From assembly GCF_016433145.1 (NCBI RefSeq), contig NC_058132.1:90757766-90821765 (forward strand): a stretch of 64,000 nt of DNA, in the 5' to 3' direction. Positions 63,310 through 64,000 of this stretch are shown here, piece by piece (position 1 is the stretch's first letter; every line of letters begins with the position of its first letter). This DNA comes from Gracilinanus agilis. Lineage: Eukaryota. Position numbers and translations under genes: made by a program. The notes under the pieces are model-generated. The model was not told the origin of the DNA. It saw nothing but the letters and a program-made list of their open reading frames with translations, and did not search any database.

Positions 63310-63497
63310 TTTTTTTTTTTTAAACCCTTGTACTTCGGTGTATTGTCTCATAGGTGGAAGATTGGTAAGGGTGGGCAATGGGGGTCAAGTGACTTGCCCA
63401 GGGTCACACAGCTGGGAAGTGGCTGAGGCCGGGTTTGAACCTAGGACCTCCTGTCTCTAGGCCTGACTCTTACTCCACTGAGCTACCCAGCTGCCCC
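63310..63497 (-). mobile_element. Young SINE, same subfamily as the 55917 copy
   Basis: Shares the diagnostic ccttaccaatcttccacctatgagacaatacac tail; TSD tcctcccc-T run. Confidence 0.9.
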
Positions 63498-64000
63498 TCC
63501 TCCCCTTTTTTTATAATCTCTTTGGGTTACAGACCTAGTAGCCTTATTATAAGATCAAAGAGTATGCACAATTTTATTGCCATTTGGGCATAGTTGCAAT
63601 TGGCCTTCAGAATGGTTGAATTAGGTCACAATATGTATTAGTATCCCCATTTTGCCATGTCCATTCAAACATTTATCACTTTCCTTTACTATCATATTAG
63701 CCAGTCTGATAGGTATGAGAGGGTACTTCTCTGTTTTTCTAATTTGCATTTCTCTAATCCAGAATAATTTAGAACATTTTTTCATATAATTATTGATGGT
63801 TTTGATTTCTTCGTCTGAAAATTGTTCATATCCTTTGACCATTTGTCAATTGGGGAATAATTTACATTCTCATAAATTTGACTTAGGTCTCTATAAATTT
63901 GAAAAATTAGAGCTTTATCAGAGAAATTTGCTAGAAAAAACCCTTTCCCAGTTTGTTGTCTCCCTTCTAATCTCGTTTACATTGGTGTTGTTTGTACAAA

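Larger units (their letters stand above)
62080..64000 (-). mobile_element. L1 3' end(s) and ORF2 C-terminus, running off the window
   Basis: T-rich tail at ~62085 and 3'UTR-type sequence (apparently two nested 3' ends). ORF 63621-63842 (MKKCSKLFWIREMQIRKT..PIRLA) is ORF2-like. Interrupted by a hAT MITE and a SINE. Confidence 0.8.

Noticed and set aside
1-64000. Class I cluster enhancer (J element) and tRNA genes
   Set aside because: No dense conserved homeodomain/O-E motif block could be recognised. All tRNA-like heads belong to SINEs.

Overview
Marsupial genomic DNA, most likely opossum (Monodelphis-type CORE-SINEs, marsupial L1, very low CpG outside a few islands). The window is part of the class I olfactory receptor (OR52) cluster. 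It holds four intact single-exon OR genes: OR52I-like (+, 5.9 kb), an unassigned and unusually CpG-rich OR52 (-, 12 kb), and two convergent OR52K paralogues (+, 31 kb; -, 46 kb). An OR52I-like pseudogene with a stop, a frameshift and a ~330 bp deletion lies at 58 kb (-). The I and K genes form a mirror-image arrangement. Near the right end (60.7-61.45 kb) is a CpG-island-like promoter with CCAAT, GC-box and IRF-like motifs. It is followed by a decayed but net in-frame pyrin-domain (PYD, NLRP3/NLRP12-like) exon ending in a splice donor. In eutherians TRIM21 adjoins the OR52K genes, so this may be the equivalent position. The rest is mostly repeats: L1 (two internally deleted long copies and an internal fragment flanked by a 19-bp duplication), L2, CR1/L3, MIR/MAR1/SINE1-type SINEs, solo LTRs, an ERV gag relic, and hAT and Tigger-like MITEs, including OposCharlie/OC1-like copies. 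Species, orthology and repeat family names come from recalled family knowledge, not database searches. Coordinates of old repeats are approximate.
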